In this document: piece by piece, positions 30,054-39,583 of the stretch
Numbering within the stretch: the stretch's first letter is position 1
Layout of the letters: every line of letters begins with the position of its first letter
Source: an uncultured Parachlamydiaceae bacterium
Lineage (GTDB): Bacteria > Chlamydiota > Chlamydiia > Chlamydiales > Parachlamydiaceae
Length of the DNA: 64,000 bases
Direction of reading: 5' to 3'
Assembly: GCA_963742415.1 (NCBI GenBank)
Contig: CAVULX010000004.1
Location: 800,001 to 864,000 of the forward strand
Position numbers and translations under genes: made by a program
The notes under the pieces: generated by a model
The model's input: only the letters and a program-made list of their open reading frames with translations
Database searches by the model: none
Told to the model about the DNA's origin: nothing

Positions 30054-30940
30054 TTGACAAACTCTCCCCAAGTAATTAATCCAACACTGATAGCGTTAAA
30101 TGTCATATGCAACCCTATTGGGGCCCAAAGGGTTCCTTGCCGTTCATACAAGAAGCCTAAAAAGCAAGCTAATATAAATAGGGATGCAACTAATTCGATA
30201 TTATCCCATCCTTGACTTGATGCAAAGTGAAACAAAGCAAACAAAAGAGAAGATAAAGTTATTCCTTTAAGCATCCCCAGCTGCTCGACAAACCACCGTT
30301 GCAAAAATCCCCGAAAAAGGATCTCTTCCGCAGGGGGAATAATGAAGACAATGACCAAGGCGGTGGTGATGAATAATGAGGGATCGTTGACGGTCATTTT
30401 AAGCTGTTTGACGGCAATTTGATCGATATGGATGGGGGGAATTACAAAATAAAGAAATATTGCAATCAATTGCCCGGCAATTAAAACATAGGGATAGGAG
30501 AGGATCCAGGTGAGGCTGCCAAGAAAAAAACTTCGGATCCCTCTTCTGATTTTTTTTTCTTTATCGGGTTCTGCCCATAAGATCAATTGGCGTTTAGAGG
30601 AGAACAATAAATATAAAATGATTCCTGAACAGGTAGCAAAAATTCCAACGATATTGAACCACCCTTGAGTTATGGGATCGAGGTGGATTTTTGCCAGGTG
30701 GACGAAGTGCCCCTCTTTTATGGAAATGTAGAGAAAAAAACAGAGCGGCATGAGGATCAATTCGATACTTAAAAAAACAAAAAAAATCCCTAAGACGTCT
30801 CTCAATGATAAAAAGGGGGTAGCAAACCATCTCTTTTTTAAGGAATAAAATCCGAGCCGATAGGCCAGTCCTGAAAAAAGGAGGGCTAAAATGAAGCCAG
30901 AACCTAAAATCTGTAAATGTTCTACTAAAATATCACTCAT
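30050..30940 (-). CDS. CPBP (CAAX/Abi) intramembrane metalloprotease
   Basis: PPAEEILFRGFLQ, FALFH, PIGLHMTFN; multiple TM segments. Confidence 0.9.
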   Translation of the reverse strand: MSDILVEHLQILGSGFILALLFSGLAYRLGFYSLKKRWFATPFLSLRDVLGIFFVFLSIELILMPLCFFLYISIKEGHFVHLAKIHLDPITQGWFNIVGIFATCSGIILYLLFSSKRQLILWAEPDKEKKIRRGIRSFFLGSLTWILSYPYVLIAGQLIAIFLYFVIPPIHIDQIAVKQLKMTVNDPSLFITTALVIVFIIPPAEEILFRGFLQRWFVEQLGMLKGITLSSLLFALFHFASSQGWDNIELVASLFILACFLGFLYERQGTLWAPIGLHMTFNAISVGLITWGEFVK

Positions 30941-30961
30941 ACGATTAATCCTAACCGAATA

Positions 30962-31182
30962 TGGTATTGAAACCACAGAGAGGCATAGAGAAGAAACAGG
31001 ATAAGCATGATCGTAAACGGCAGGATGAGCAGGATAAAAGAAAAAAATTATTTTTTTTAAATCATTTAGACTTAATTATATTCCCACATCCTGAACCTTT
31101 TTATTCAATATCCTGTATAACCTGCCGTTTACGATCATGTTTATCCTGTTTCTTCTCTATACCTCTCGTGATTTCAACACCA
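30962..31182. repeat. Long imperfect inverted repeat (about 75-bp arms)
   Basis: 30962-31036 pairs with 31109-31182; contains caggat and accacagag motifs. Confidence 0.88.
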
Positions 31183-31292
31183 CGTTCTGTATAATTAAGA
31201 ATAGACAAAGTTGAAGATTATAGATATAAGTTTTTTAGAGCTCCCTTGCTCTGCAAGGGCTATTCCTATATTTACACACTTTGGTTTTTTCC

Positions 31293-33194
31293 ATGGAAGG
31301 AATTGCAGGAATTGTTTATCCCGATGTATTTCAAGTCAACCATTTAGCAAGTCCGATGCTAGACACGATGAAGCATCGGGGAAATTCGAAACGGGAAATG
31401 TATCTCTTTAAAAATATGCAGGTTGGAATCGTCGGCGGAAATTTTGCCTTTAACGACGATCGTTCCATTTGCGTTGGACTCAATGGGAGCCTCTATGATA
31501 CAGAGCTTCTTTATTCTGACCTAAAAAAACATGGGTTTGTTGTTTCCCATACGGCCTCTCACGCTGAATGGATAGTCCATGCTTATAAATTGTGGGGTAC
31601 CGGCCTCCTTAGCCGCCTGAATGGGGATTTTGCCTTTTTTATATTAGACGAACAAAAAGAGAGGCTGATTCTTGCGCGAGACAGGGTAGGAACAAAGCCG
31701 TTGTATTGGTATCAAGATTCCCATTATTTCATTTTTGCTAGCGAATTAAAAGCTCTGCTGGCCACTGGCTGCGTGCCGCAAACCCCTTCTGCTGATGCTT
31801 TATCCAGCTATCTTTTTTTCGGCTATTTTCCACAAGATATGACCCCCATTAAAGATGTGAACAAACTTCTTCCCGGGTATTATTTGCAATTCAATAGAGA
31901 CCTCAGCATTGTGATCCGTTCTTATTGGTCATATAGTTCCTATTTTGAAAAGGGAACTTCCTCCAGTAAATATACGCCTGTAAAACATCTTGATGAGTTA
32001 ATTGTCAACTCTGTAAAGACCCGTCTAACCCCACACAAACCTATGGGTTGTTTTATTTCCGGCGGGTTGGGTTCGGCTTGCATTGCCCACTATGTGAATG
32101 AACTCAAAGAAAATCGCCCTCTCTACGGGTATACCGCAGGCTATGAAGGGCAAAATGAAGCGGATGTTTTAGCGGCTAAAGCTGTCGCCAAAACTCTAGG
32201 CATTCCCCACTCGATTGAAATGATCACCCCTGACAACTTTCTGGATAACCTCGTCGAAATCGCTTGGTATCTGGACGAACCTCTGGCAGATCCTAATGTC
32301 ATTTCTTTGTGGCGAATGGCTGAAAAAGCCACCGAAAAAACAAATAAAGTTTTTTCCGGAATGGGAAGCGATGAATTGTTTGCAGGGCACAGCCGCTATT
32401 CACTCGAGGAGATCAAATTCAGCTGGTCTTCGCAAATGCAAAAAAAATTGATCCAAGCATTTGGGAAGGTGGCAATTCCTCCATTAAACTACATTCATCC
32501 CGCGTGGGCCTATCTGTTGCTGAAGAAGTCTCGGACAAATGCTTGGCAATTTGATTATTTGCGGCAAAATGCAATATTTAACGAAAAAAATTTACAACGA
32601 GCCTCCCCTAAACTTGGAAAGCTTTTTGATCCGGAAGTTTTTTTGCATAAATTCCACAACTTATCGCGGATCCAATCCACCGTTTCCTCGTTTCTTTATT
32701 TCGATGTTAAAACTCGTTTGGCCGATTGCTTCATTCTACAACTGGAGAGGTTGACAGCTGCGCAGAAATTGGATTGGTCCCCTCCGTTCTTAGACCGGCA
32801 CATTTTAGAATATCTGGCCGGATTGCCTGAGCCTGATCAACTTAGCGAAAAAGATACAGCACTCTATCTCAAAGCTTTGTTGCAAGATGTTTTTCCGCCT
32901 AGCATCGTCGATCGTCCCAAGCGCACAAGAAGGGATTTTTTGAAAACATGGGTGCATCACCCCAAACTGGCGTCGCTTCTTACTATGTTAACAAAAGGGA
33001 CGTTAGTGGAAACAGGTTTGATTTCCGAATCTTGGCTTTTAGTTCAATTAGAAACGCCCCAAACCCGGGAAGCTCACTTTAAAGAATTGTGGGCCTTGCT
33101 TATGTTGGAAATTTGGTTCAAGCTTTACATTAACCGCCCGATCCAGGCTCCTCCCGTTTCTCTGGAGGTAAAGGAATTATTATTAGAAACTTAG
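31293..33194 (+). CDS. Asparagine synthetase B-like protein with altered catalytic motifs
   Basis: MEGIAGIV (canonical MCGIAG), HRG, ARDRVGTKPLY, FASELKAL, SGGLGS (canonical SGGLDS), SGMGSDELFAG, PFLD. Confidence 0.88.
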   Translation: MEGIAGIVYPDVFQVNHLASPMLDTMKHRGNSKREMYLFKNMQVGIVGGNFAFNDDRSICVGLNGSLYDTELLYSDLKKHGFVVSHTASHAEWIVHAYKLWGTGLLSRLNGDFAFFILDEQKERLILARDRVGTKPLYWYQDSHYFIFASELKALLATGCVPQTPSADALSSYLFFGYFPQDMTPIKDVNKLLPGYYLQFNRDLSIVIRSYWSYSSYFEKGTSSSKYTPVKHLDELIVNSVKTRLTPHKPMGCFISGGLGSACIAHYVNELKENRPLYGYTAGYEGQNEADVLAAKAVAKTLGIPHSIEMITPDNFLDNLVEIAWYLDEPLADPNVISLWRMAEKATEKTNKVFSGMGSDELFAGHSRYSLEEIKFSWSSQMQKKLIQAFGKVAIPPLNYIHPAWAYLLLKKSRTNAWQFDYLRQNAIFNEKNLQRASPKLGKLFDPEVFLHKFHNLSRIQSTVSSFLYFDVKTRLADCFILQLERLTAAQKLDWSPPFLDRHILEYLAGLPEPDQLSEKDTALYLKALLQDVFPPSIVDRPKRTRRDFLKTWVHHPKLASLLTMLTKGTLVETGLISESWLLVQLETPQTREAHFKELWALLMLEIWFKLYINRPIQAPPVSLEVKELLLET

Positions 33195-33203
33195 GAATCC
33201 GTT

Positions 33204-34196
33204 ATGGAAAAAAGCCGTTTAAATGTAGTCCAAGTAAATCAAATGGCGCAACAAAGTGAAAAGAAATCTTCTTATGCCGGCGGAAAAAAAAGGAGGCTTG
33301 AAGTTCAAGCCTATTTTGACCGTTTGTGGCTGGTAGATTCCCATCAGTTTGATCCTCTGCGAAACTGCATGGAAAGGGAGAGGCTGGATCGAACAATGGA
33401 ATTGATCACCCGCGAAGGGGATTTGAAAGGAAAAAAAATCGTCGATTTAGGGTGTGGTGCGGGAGTGCTCAGCAAAAGGTTAAGAGATGCAGGAGCTTTT
33501 GTTGATGCGGTCGATATCTCTGAAAATGCATTAAAAAAATTAAACGTGGGTGACATAAGCCAAATTCACCCCATTCAAGATTATGTTCCGGTGACAACAC
33601 TGAAAGATGATGCCTACGATTTTGTGGTTTGCACAGAACTGATTGGCTATCTGCAGCCGGATGAATACCGCTTATTTTTTTCTGAATTAGCCAGGTTGGT
33701 TAAGCCGAATGGATATGTTGTTTGCTCCACATCCATAGATATCAACTCTGAAGATGCTCTGCAAAAGTTTGCTGACTTCGCCGAAACGGACATTGAAATT
33801 TCACAATGGGTCTTGAGCTACCACCGCTGCTATATCCGCTTAAAAGACTTATTTGAGATCCCATCCAAGTACAGCAGAGCCCATCGCGATCCAGAATTTC
33901 AAATGAAAGAAATGAAAAATCGTTCAGCTTTTGGAAAATGGTGGTTTAAGATCAACAGTGCGATCCCCCTTGTTTTTGTCTGGCGCGGCCTGAGCTTTGT
34001 TTTCAGCCCCCTCGTTTCGATGCTCAAAAACAACCGATCGTTTTTGCTTTTCTTAGAAAGAATTTGCCATTCGATTTGGCACGAAAGCGGGGTGAGTCAA
34101 GCCATTTTTATCGGAAAGCGGCGCAAGATATTTCAGCCCCTTCCTAAAGATCAAATTCCTCGGGAAACCAAACATAAGAAGCAGGTCTGGGAATAA
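33204..34196 (+). CDS. Class I SAM-dependent methyltransferase
   Basis: VDLGCGAG, AVDIS, YDFVVC, LVKPNG. Confidence 0.88.
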   Translation: MEKSRLNVVQVNQMAQQSEKKSSYAGGKKRRLEVQAYFDRLWLVDSHQFDPLRNCMERERLDRTMELITREGDLKGKKIVDLGCGAGVLSKRLRDAGAFVDAVDISENALKKLNVGDISQIHPIQDYVPVTTLKDDAYDFVVCTELIGYLQPDEYRLFFSELARLVKPNGYVVCSTSIDINSEDALQKFADFAETDIEISQWVLSYHRCYIRLKDLFEIPSKYSRAHRDPEFQMKEMKNRSAFGKWWFKINSAIPLVFVWRGLSFVFSPLVSMLKNNRSFLLFLERICHSIWHESGVSQAIFIGKRRKIFQPLPKDQIPRETKHKKQVWE

Positions 34197-34199
34197 AAA

Positions 34200-34297
34200 A
34201 GCCGAAGATTGTCCCAAGGCATAAGGTGGGATTCTTAAGGCTGCTACATTCCTGTCCTGACCTAGTTCGAATTACCCTATTCCATGGGGTCCCCGGC
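34200..34297 (-). ncRNA. ffs: Signal recognition particle RNA (4.5S)
   Basis: Minus strand core ggtcaggacaggaatgtagcagcc (domain IV, GGAA loop) in an approximately 100-nt hairpin followed by a T-run. Confidence 0.85.
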
Positions 34298-34364
34298 CGA
34301 TAAAAATTATATTGTATAGAAGATTTAAACTAAAGAAATAAATGGTTTTAAAGCCAGATGCATT

Positions 34365-34641
34365 TAGTCGATGCTGAATTAGTAATTTCCCGTAAAAATG
34401 ATGGTATGAATACATTTTTGATAGGGCTTTTAGCATCAAAAGCCTGCAAATTTTTACCCGAAATTGTCCTCTATGAAAAAAAGGATTTTATGCCGTCCTT
34501 TCAGGACTCTGTTTTTTTTTTGCATTTTACCCAGGTCGAAGCGAAGCGAAGGCCTGGGTAAAATGCAAAAAAAAACAGAGTCCTGAAAGGACGGCATAAA
34601 ATCCTTATTTGTTGATATAGATGTTAAACCAGCATCGACTA
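34365..34641. mobile_element. Putative MITE with 12-bp terminal inverted repeats and internal long hairpin
   Basis: tagtcgatgctg (34365-34376) / cagcatcgacta (34630-34641). Internal arms 34481-34535 / 34553-34606 are complementary apart from one homopolymer base. Confidence 0.65.
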
Positions 34642-34766
34642 TTTAGAACTTAATTTTACGGCAAAACCTTTTCATCGATTTATCCCCAATGCTTTTTTCA
34701 TCGGAAAACTTGGATTGCACACACCCATTGATGGTTTTTGAATTTTTTTTGTATATAAATATTTTT

Positions 34767-35327
34767 TCATCGTGAGACCTGATTCATTAATGAATCGTAA
34801 AAGTCTTCCCGTTTCCCGGGCCACGTGGCTGTATCCCGTTCGACCTCTTCAAATTCAGGAACAGAATCAAAAAAGTTATCCTGGATATAAAAACGGCATC
34901 TCACGCAGGGTTCATAACTTATTTCACTTTTATCGTTCCAGTAGTCATCGTCATCCCCATTATAATCTTCTTCATTATCATCATCATCAAGTCCTTCCAT
35001 TTTGACCGGATTGATTTCCCCTTTGCTATCTTGCTTTTCCAAAGGATCGCAATCACCTAACAAACAGCGGCGGTCATTCTTTTTTTTAAGAGATTGACGT
35101 TTTTCAATGCTTCTCCGTTCATCCAATTTTCGTGCAGCTTGATTCGGGAGAACATCTTCATCATTTTGGATGGCTGGGAATCGTTCGCTATTGAGAGTTT
35201 CGGGAGATTCTTTTTCAGATTCCTGTTCTGGTTGCTGATCCTCTTGATTTGTGTCAAGGGATTGGGCAAAAGTGACTGAGATAGTTAATGAACTTGTCAG
35301 TATCGCGAAAGCAAGTAATAATCTCAT
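34767..35327 (-). CDS. Hypothetical exported acidic protein
   Basis: Signal peptide from MRLLLAF; Asp-rich tract. Confidence 0.6.
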   Translation of the reverse strand: MRLLLAFAILTSSLTISVTFAQSLDTNQEDQQPEQESEKESPETLNSERFPAIQNDEDVLPNQAARKLDERRSIEKRQSLKKKNDRRCLLGDCDPLEKQDSKGEINPVKMEGLDDDDNEEDYNGDDDDYWNDKSEISYEPCVRCRFYIQDNFFDSVPEFEEVERDTATWPGKREDFYDSLMNQVSR

Positions 35328-35436
35328 AATCCTCCATTTCTTCAACGCATTTGAACTTGATCTCTTTTTGCATGTCAAACATTAATTTTTCAATCTTTTT
35401 GACTTCCTAAGGGCAGCTTGCTAATATCTTGAGCTT

Positions 35437-37623
35437 ATGGATCAAATTTGCGGCTACATTGAAAGAGTTACCTATCAAAATCCTGAAAACGGGTACACGG
35501 TTGCTCAATTGCAAGAAGGATCTCGAGCCGAATTGGTTTGCATTGTAGGCATTATGCCTGCCCTCCAACCCGGAGAAACCATCCGCTGCCAGGGGGCTTG
35601 GAAAAGGCATCTCATCCACGGCAAACAGTTTTCCGTTGCAGAATATAAACAAGAGGTCCCTGCAGATGTTGTGGGGATTGAAAAATATCTTGGATCGGGG
35701 CTCATCAAAGGGATTGGGCCTTCCTATGCCAAAAAAATTGTCACACATTTTGGTAGAGAGACTTTGGATATCATTGATAGGTTTCCTGACCGCCTTGAAG
35801 AAATCCCAGGGATCGGCCCGAAGCGTGCTGCATTGATAAAATCTTGCTGGCAAGATCAAAAGTCGATCCGCGATGTGATGGTTTTTCTTCAAAGCTACAA
35901 TGTCACGCCAGGCTTTGCGCAAAAAATCTACAAAGTTTATGGAAAAAAGAGCATCGAAATTGTTAAAGAAAATCCTTATGCGCTAGCCCGGGATATCAGA
36001 GGCATCGGCTTCAAAACCGCCGACCATCTCGCCTCCAACTTGGGAATTTTAAAAGAAGCCCCGCAAAGGATCGATGCAGGCGTTGAATATGTCCTCGGTA
36101 ACCTTGCTGAGGATGGGCATGTTTGTGTTCCGGTCGATGAATTTCTACGTATTGCTCAAGAGATTCTAGAAGTTCCACAAGACCTGATTAATTCTCGCCT
36201 TGCCGCTCTAAATGAAGAGTCGAGAATTGTCGTTGCCAATCAAGTTTATGAAGGGGAGCTTCAGTCTTTTATTTGGTTGAAATCCCTGCACACAGCAGAG
36301 TCGGGAATCGTGCGGGAACTTTTACGTCTCAAAAAAAGCCCCTGCTTTCTTCGTCAAGTCGAGGCTGATAAGGCTCTGCTATGGGTCCAAGAAAACCTCA
36401 ACATCCGTCTAGCAGAAAAACAGGCTCAAGCCGTCCATACTGCTGTTTCAGAAAAGATGCAAGTCATCACGGGTGGACCCGGAACTGGAAAAAGCACCAT
36501 TACCAAAGCCATTTTGGCGATTACAAAAAAGCTGACCTCACGCATCCTCTTATGCGCCCCTACAGGACGTGCTGCCAAGCGGATGGGGGAAATCACCCAG
36601 CATAAAGCTGTTACCATTCATAGTTTGCTTGAATATGATTTTAAAGCCGGGGCATTTAAACGGAATCGATCTAATCCTCTAGAATGTGACTTATTAATCG
36701 TTGATGAAGCGAGCATGATCGATACCGTCCTCATGCACAGCTTATTAAAAGCGATTCCCAATGAAGCCCGGGTGATTTTTGTCGGTGATATTTATCAACT
36801 GCCAAGTGTGGGCCCGGGAAATGTTTTAAAAGACGTGATTGCTTCTAAATTTATTCCCGTTACACTTTTGAATGAGATCTTCAGACAAGCAGCCGGCTCG
36901 CGGATTATTACCAATGCCCACAAGATAAATAGCGGCTTGATGCCCGATTGCCAGAATTCCTCCGATAGTGATTTCTTTTTCCTTGAAGTTGAAAATCCAG
37001 AGGATATTCTTAAAAACATCATTGGATTGGTCTCTCAGCGCCTCCCTCAAAAATATGGTTTTAACCCTTTTCACCAAATTCAAGTTTTGGCTCCGATGAA
37101 AAGAGGGATTATCGGAACAGAGAATTTGAATGTTAAATTACAAGAGATCTTGAATCCCAAAAGTGACTTTTTGATGCGTGGAGGGAACCGTTTTTTAATA
37201 GGCGATAAGATTATGCAGACACGCAACGACTACAAAAAAGGGGTGTTTAATGGAGACATCGGAATGATCAAAAATATTGATTCCATTGAGCAGGAGGTAG
37301 TAGTGCAAATCGAGGAAAAGGATGTGATTTATGAATTCCATGAACTGGATGACCTTGTTTTGGCCTATGCGGTCTCTATACACAAATACCAAGGAAGTGA
37401 ATGCCCTTGCATCGTAATGCCTATTCATACGGCACATTTTAAACTTTTGCATAGGAATCTCGTTTATACTGGAGTCACCCGTGGCAAACAATTAGTCGTC
37501 ATCGTTGGAACAAAAAAAGCTTTAGGCATCGCTGTGAGAAATGACGAAGTCAAGCGCCGCTATACCGGCTTATTCGCAAACCTTATTGACAGCCAAACCG
37601 TCCCTTTAAGAGCACTGCAATGA
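35437..37623 (+). CDS. recD2: ATP-dependent RecD-like helicase RecD2
   Basis: HhH N-domain, TGGPGTGKST, APTGRAAKR, IVDEASM, HKYQGSE. Confidence 0.93.
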   Translation: MDQICGYIERVTYQNPENGYTVAQLQEGSRAELVCIVGIMPALQPGETIRCQGAWKRHLIHGKQFSVAEYKQEVPADVVGIEKYLGSGLIKGIGPSYAKKIVTHFGRETLDIIDRFPDRLEEIPGIGPKRAALIKSCWQDQKSIRDVMVFLQSYNVTPGFAQKIYKVYGKKSIEIVKENPYALARDIRGIGFKTADHLASNLGILKEAPQRIDAGVEYVLGNLAEDGHVCVPVDEFLRIAQEILEVPQDLINSRLAALNEESRIVVANQVYEGELQSFIWLKSLHTAESGIVRELLRLKKSPCFLRQVEADKALLWVQENLNIRLAEKQAQAVHTAVSEKMQVITGGPGTGKSTITKAILAITKKLTSRILLCAPTGRAAKRMGEITQHKAVTIHSLLEYDFKAGAFKRNRSNPLECDLLIVDEASMIDTVLMHSLLKAIPNEARVIFVGDIYQLPSVGPGNVLKDVIASKFIPVTLLNEIFRQAAGSRIITNAHKINSGLMPDCQNSSDSDFFFLEVENPEDILKNIIGLVSQRLPQKYGFNPFHQIQVLAPMKRGIIGTENLNVKLQEILNPKSDFLMRGGNRFLIGDKIMQTRNDYKKGVFNGDIGMIKNIDSIEQEVVVQIEEKDVIYEFHELDDLVLAYAVSIHKYQGSECPCIVMPIHTAHFKLLHRNLVYTGVTRGKQLVVIVGTKKALGIAVRNDEVKRRYTGLFANLIDSQTVPLRALQ

Positions 37624-38690
37624 AAAAAAAACCGAGACTATCAAAGCAAACCCAAAAGTCCCTTCGCACTTTTCGGAAAGTTTTCTTGACGCTTGCTTTT
37701 CTTCTCATCACCCTATCTTCCTATTGGGCTTCGGAGCATTTCGTTCGAGTTGAGCTTCCCTCTTCTGATCATCCCCCGGCATTGTATGCCAACCAAGCCC
37801 ATCAAGACCTGCGGCAAACTTTTGTTCAAGGGATTAAACAAGCTAAAGAGTCAGTCAATCTCGTTATCTACACCTTGACAGACCATGCCATCATCCAAGC
37901 TTTGCGGGATAAAGCAGATGAAGGGATCCAAGTCAAAGTCCTTGTCGACGGAAAAGCCACCCCATTCATAGACCGGAAACTGGGACCAAAAGTCGAAGTT
38001 GTAAAACGGTATGCAGATGGGATCATGCACATGAAAATTTTAATGATCGATCACGCGTTGACTTTCGTCGGCTCTGCCAATATGACAGGTGAATCTCTGC
38101 AAATGCATGGCAATTTAGTGACAGCCTTAAATAGTCCTGCATTTGCAGCATATGTGAAAAAAAAGATTGATACCTTGCCTGAAGAAGGGCCCGCTCCTCC
38201 CTTTTCAGAATCCAAGTTCGTGTTTGCCAATCAACCTCTTGAAATGTGGTTCCTTCCTGATAAGCGGGACGCCTCCACACGTATCAAACAATTGATAGGC
38301 TCGGCCAACAAGACAATTCGTATCGCCATGTTTACATGGACACGTATGGATTTCGCCGAAGCTATAGTGGCAAAAGCCAAGGAGGGGGTCAAAGTGGAAG
38401 TTGCTATGGATCATTATTCAGGAAAAGGGACTAGCGCCAAAGTTGTCGATTATTTAAAAAAGAGTGGGATTCCAGTCCGCCTTAGCACTGGAACAGCCCT
38501 GCTGCATTATAAATTTCTTTATATTGATGATCAGGTGCTTGTCAACGGGTCGGCTAATTGGACAAAAGCTGCTTTCACCCAAAACGACGACTGTTTCTTT
38601 GTTCTAACTAATTTGACAGAGGAACAAAAAAAGCACATGAATTTTTTGTGGACCCAGATCATTGCAGAAACTAACCTTGCTGCTCTTTGA
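37620..38690 (+). CDS. Phospholipase D-like protein with two HKD motifs
   Basis: HMKILMID...GSAN and HYKFLYID...GSANW; N-terminal TM anchor. Confidence 0.88.
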   Translation: MKKKPRLSKQTQKSLRTFRKVFLTLAFLLITLSSYWASEHFVRVELPSSDHPPALYANQAHQDLRQTFVQGIKQAKESVNLVIYTLTDHAIIQALRDKADEGIQVKVLVDGKATPFIDRKLGPKVEVVKRYADGIMHMKILMIDHALTFVGSANMTGESLQMHGNLVTALNSPAFAAYVKKKIDTLPEEGPAPPFSESKFVFANQPLEMWFLPDKRDASTRIKQLIGSANKTIRIAMFTWTRMDFAEAIVAKAKEGVKVEVAMDHYSGKGTSAKVVDYLKKSGIPVRLSTGTALLHYKFLYIDDQVLVNGSANWTKAAFTQNDDCFFVLTNLTEEQKKHMNFLWTQIIAETNLAAL

Positions 38691-38729
38691 CTCTGTGTAC
38701 GTGTGGTGAAAATTGCGCAGTATGATTTG

Positions 38730-39569
38730 CTAATTAACGTAAATGATGCCCTGGATTTTAGGGTTACCTAGTTCAGACCCAGCAACAATCACCCGCAAAC
38801 GGGGAAAAACTTCTAAATCGGCCCACTCATGAGAATGACCACAAAGCACCAAGACCTGGTGCTCAGGATGGGCTTTGATGACTCTTTCTAAGGCATCCCC
38901 AACAGCTTGACAGACAAAGTGGGGAGCCCAGTTGTCATTGCACTCTTTCCCATTGTAGAAGCAGGCTTGCCTATAGGGCGGGACGTGTGTTAAAACTATT
39001 ACTTTTTGATAACTTTTGAAGGCAGTTGTTAAGGTTTTTTCCAAATAATCTGCAGCTTCACTTCCTAACTTATTGAGCACCCGCTCCCTTTCAGTGGGAT
39101 GCATGTTTTTTAATTCATCAATCAGAAAATAATCATTTAATAAAACATCAGATTGCAAAAAATGACCTGCTCTTGCATCTGCCCAGCCATCATGTCCAAT
39201 TAACGCTGTGGAGGGTGTTAATTGGATGACTCCCTTCTCTGTCAAATAACAAATATTAGTTTCATGTTCAGATAGCTTTTTAGTCATTTTCCGAATCGTA
39301 TAAATGGACCCATAGTAATAATCATGATTGCCCAACACAAAATAAAAGGGTTTCTTAACCGTATTTGAAATAGATTTCAGAAAAAGCAACGAATTGACCC
39401 CATTGCTAATGTCGCCTCCTATCAAAACTGCATCGGGGTTCTCACGAATGACTGTATTGCAAAAATCGATGTGTCGATCCACCTCAGCAGTATCAAAATG
39501 GAGGTCCGTCGTCCATATCAACTTTACCTTTTTTTCTTCATTGGGCGAGCCAAAAAAAATCTCTTTCAT
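38730..39569 (-). CDS. Calcineurin-like metallophosphoesterase
   Basis: TDLH, GGD, GNHD, THVPP, CGHSH. Confidence 0.88.
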   Translation of the reverse strand: MKEIFFGSPNEEKKVKLIWTTDLHFDTAEVDRHIDFCNTVIRENPDAVLIGGDISNGVNSLLFLKSISNTVKKPFYFVLGNHDYYYGSIYTIRKMTKKLSEHETNICYLTEKGVIQLTPSTALIGHDGWADARAGHFLQSDVLLNDYFLIDELKNMHPTERERVLNKLGSEAADYLEKTLTTAFKSYQKVIVLTHVPPYRQACFYNGKECNDNWAPHFVCQAVGDALERVIKAHPEHQVLVLCGHSHEWADLEVFPRLRVIVAGSELGNPKIQGIIYVN

Positions 39570-39583
39570 TTTTAAACCAAAAC

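Noticed and set aside
30961..31194. 77-aa ORF as a RiPP/lasso precursor for the AsnB-like enzyme
   Set aside because: It coincides with the inverted-repeat element, lacks a leader/core pattern, and no lasso B/RRE gene is nearby.
34358..34561. 67-aa ORF
   Set aside because: Lies within the MITE/hairpin; likely spurious.
35407..35922. 171-aa minus-strand ORF and other long antisense ORFs in the track
   Set aside because: Antisense shadows of well-supported genes (recD2, RND permeases, flhA, gatAB).
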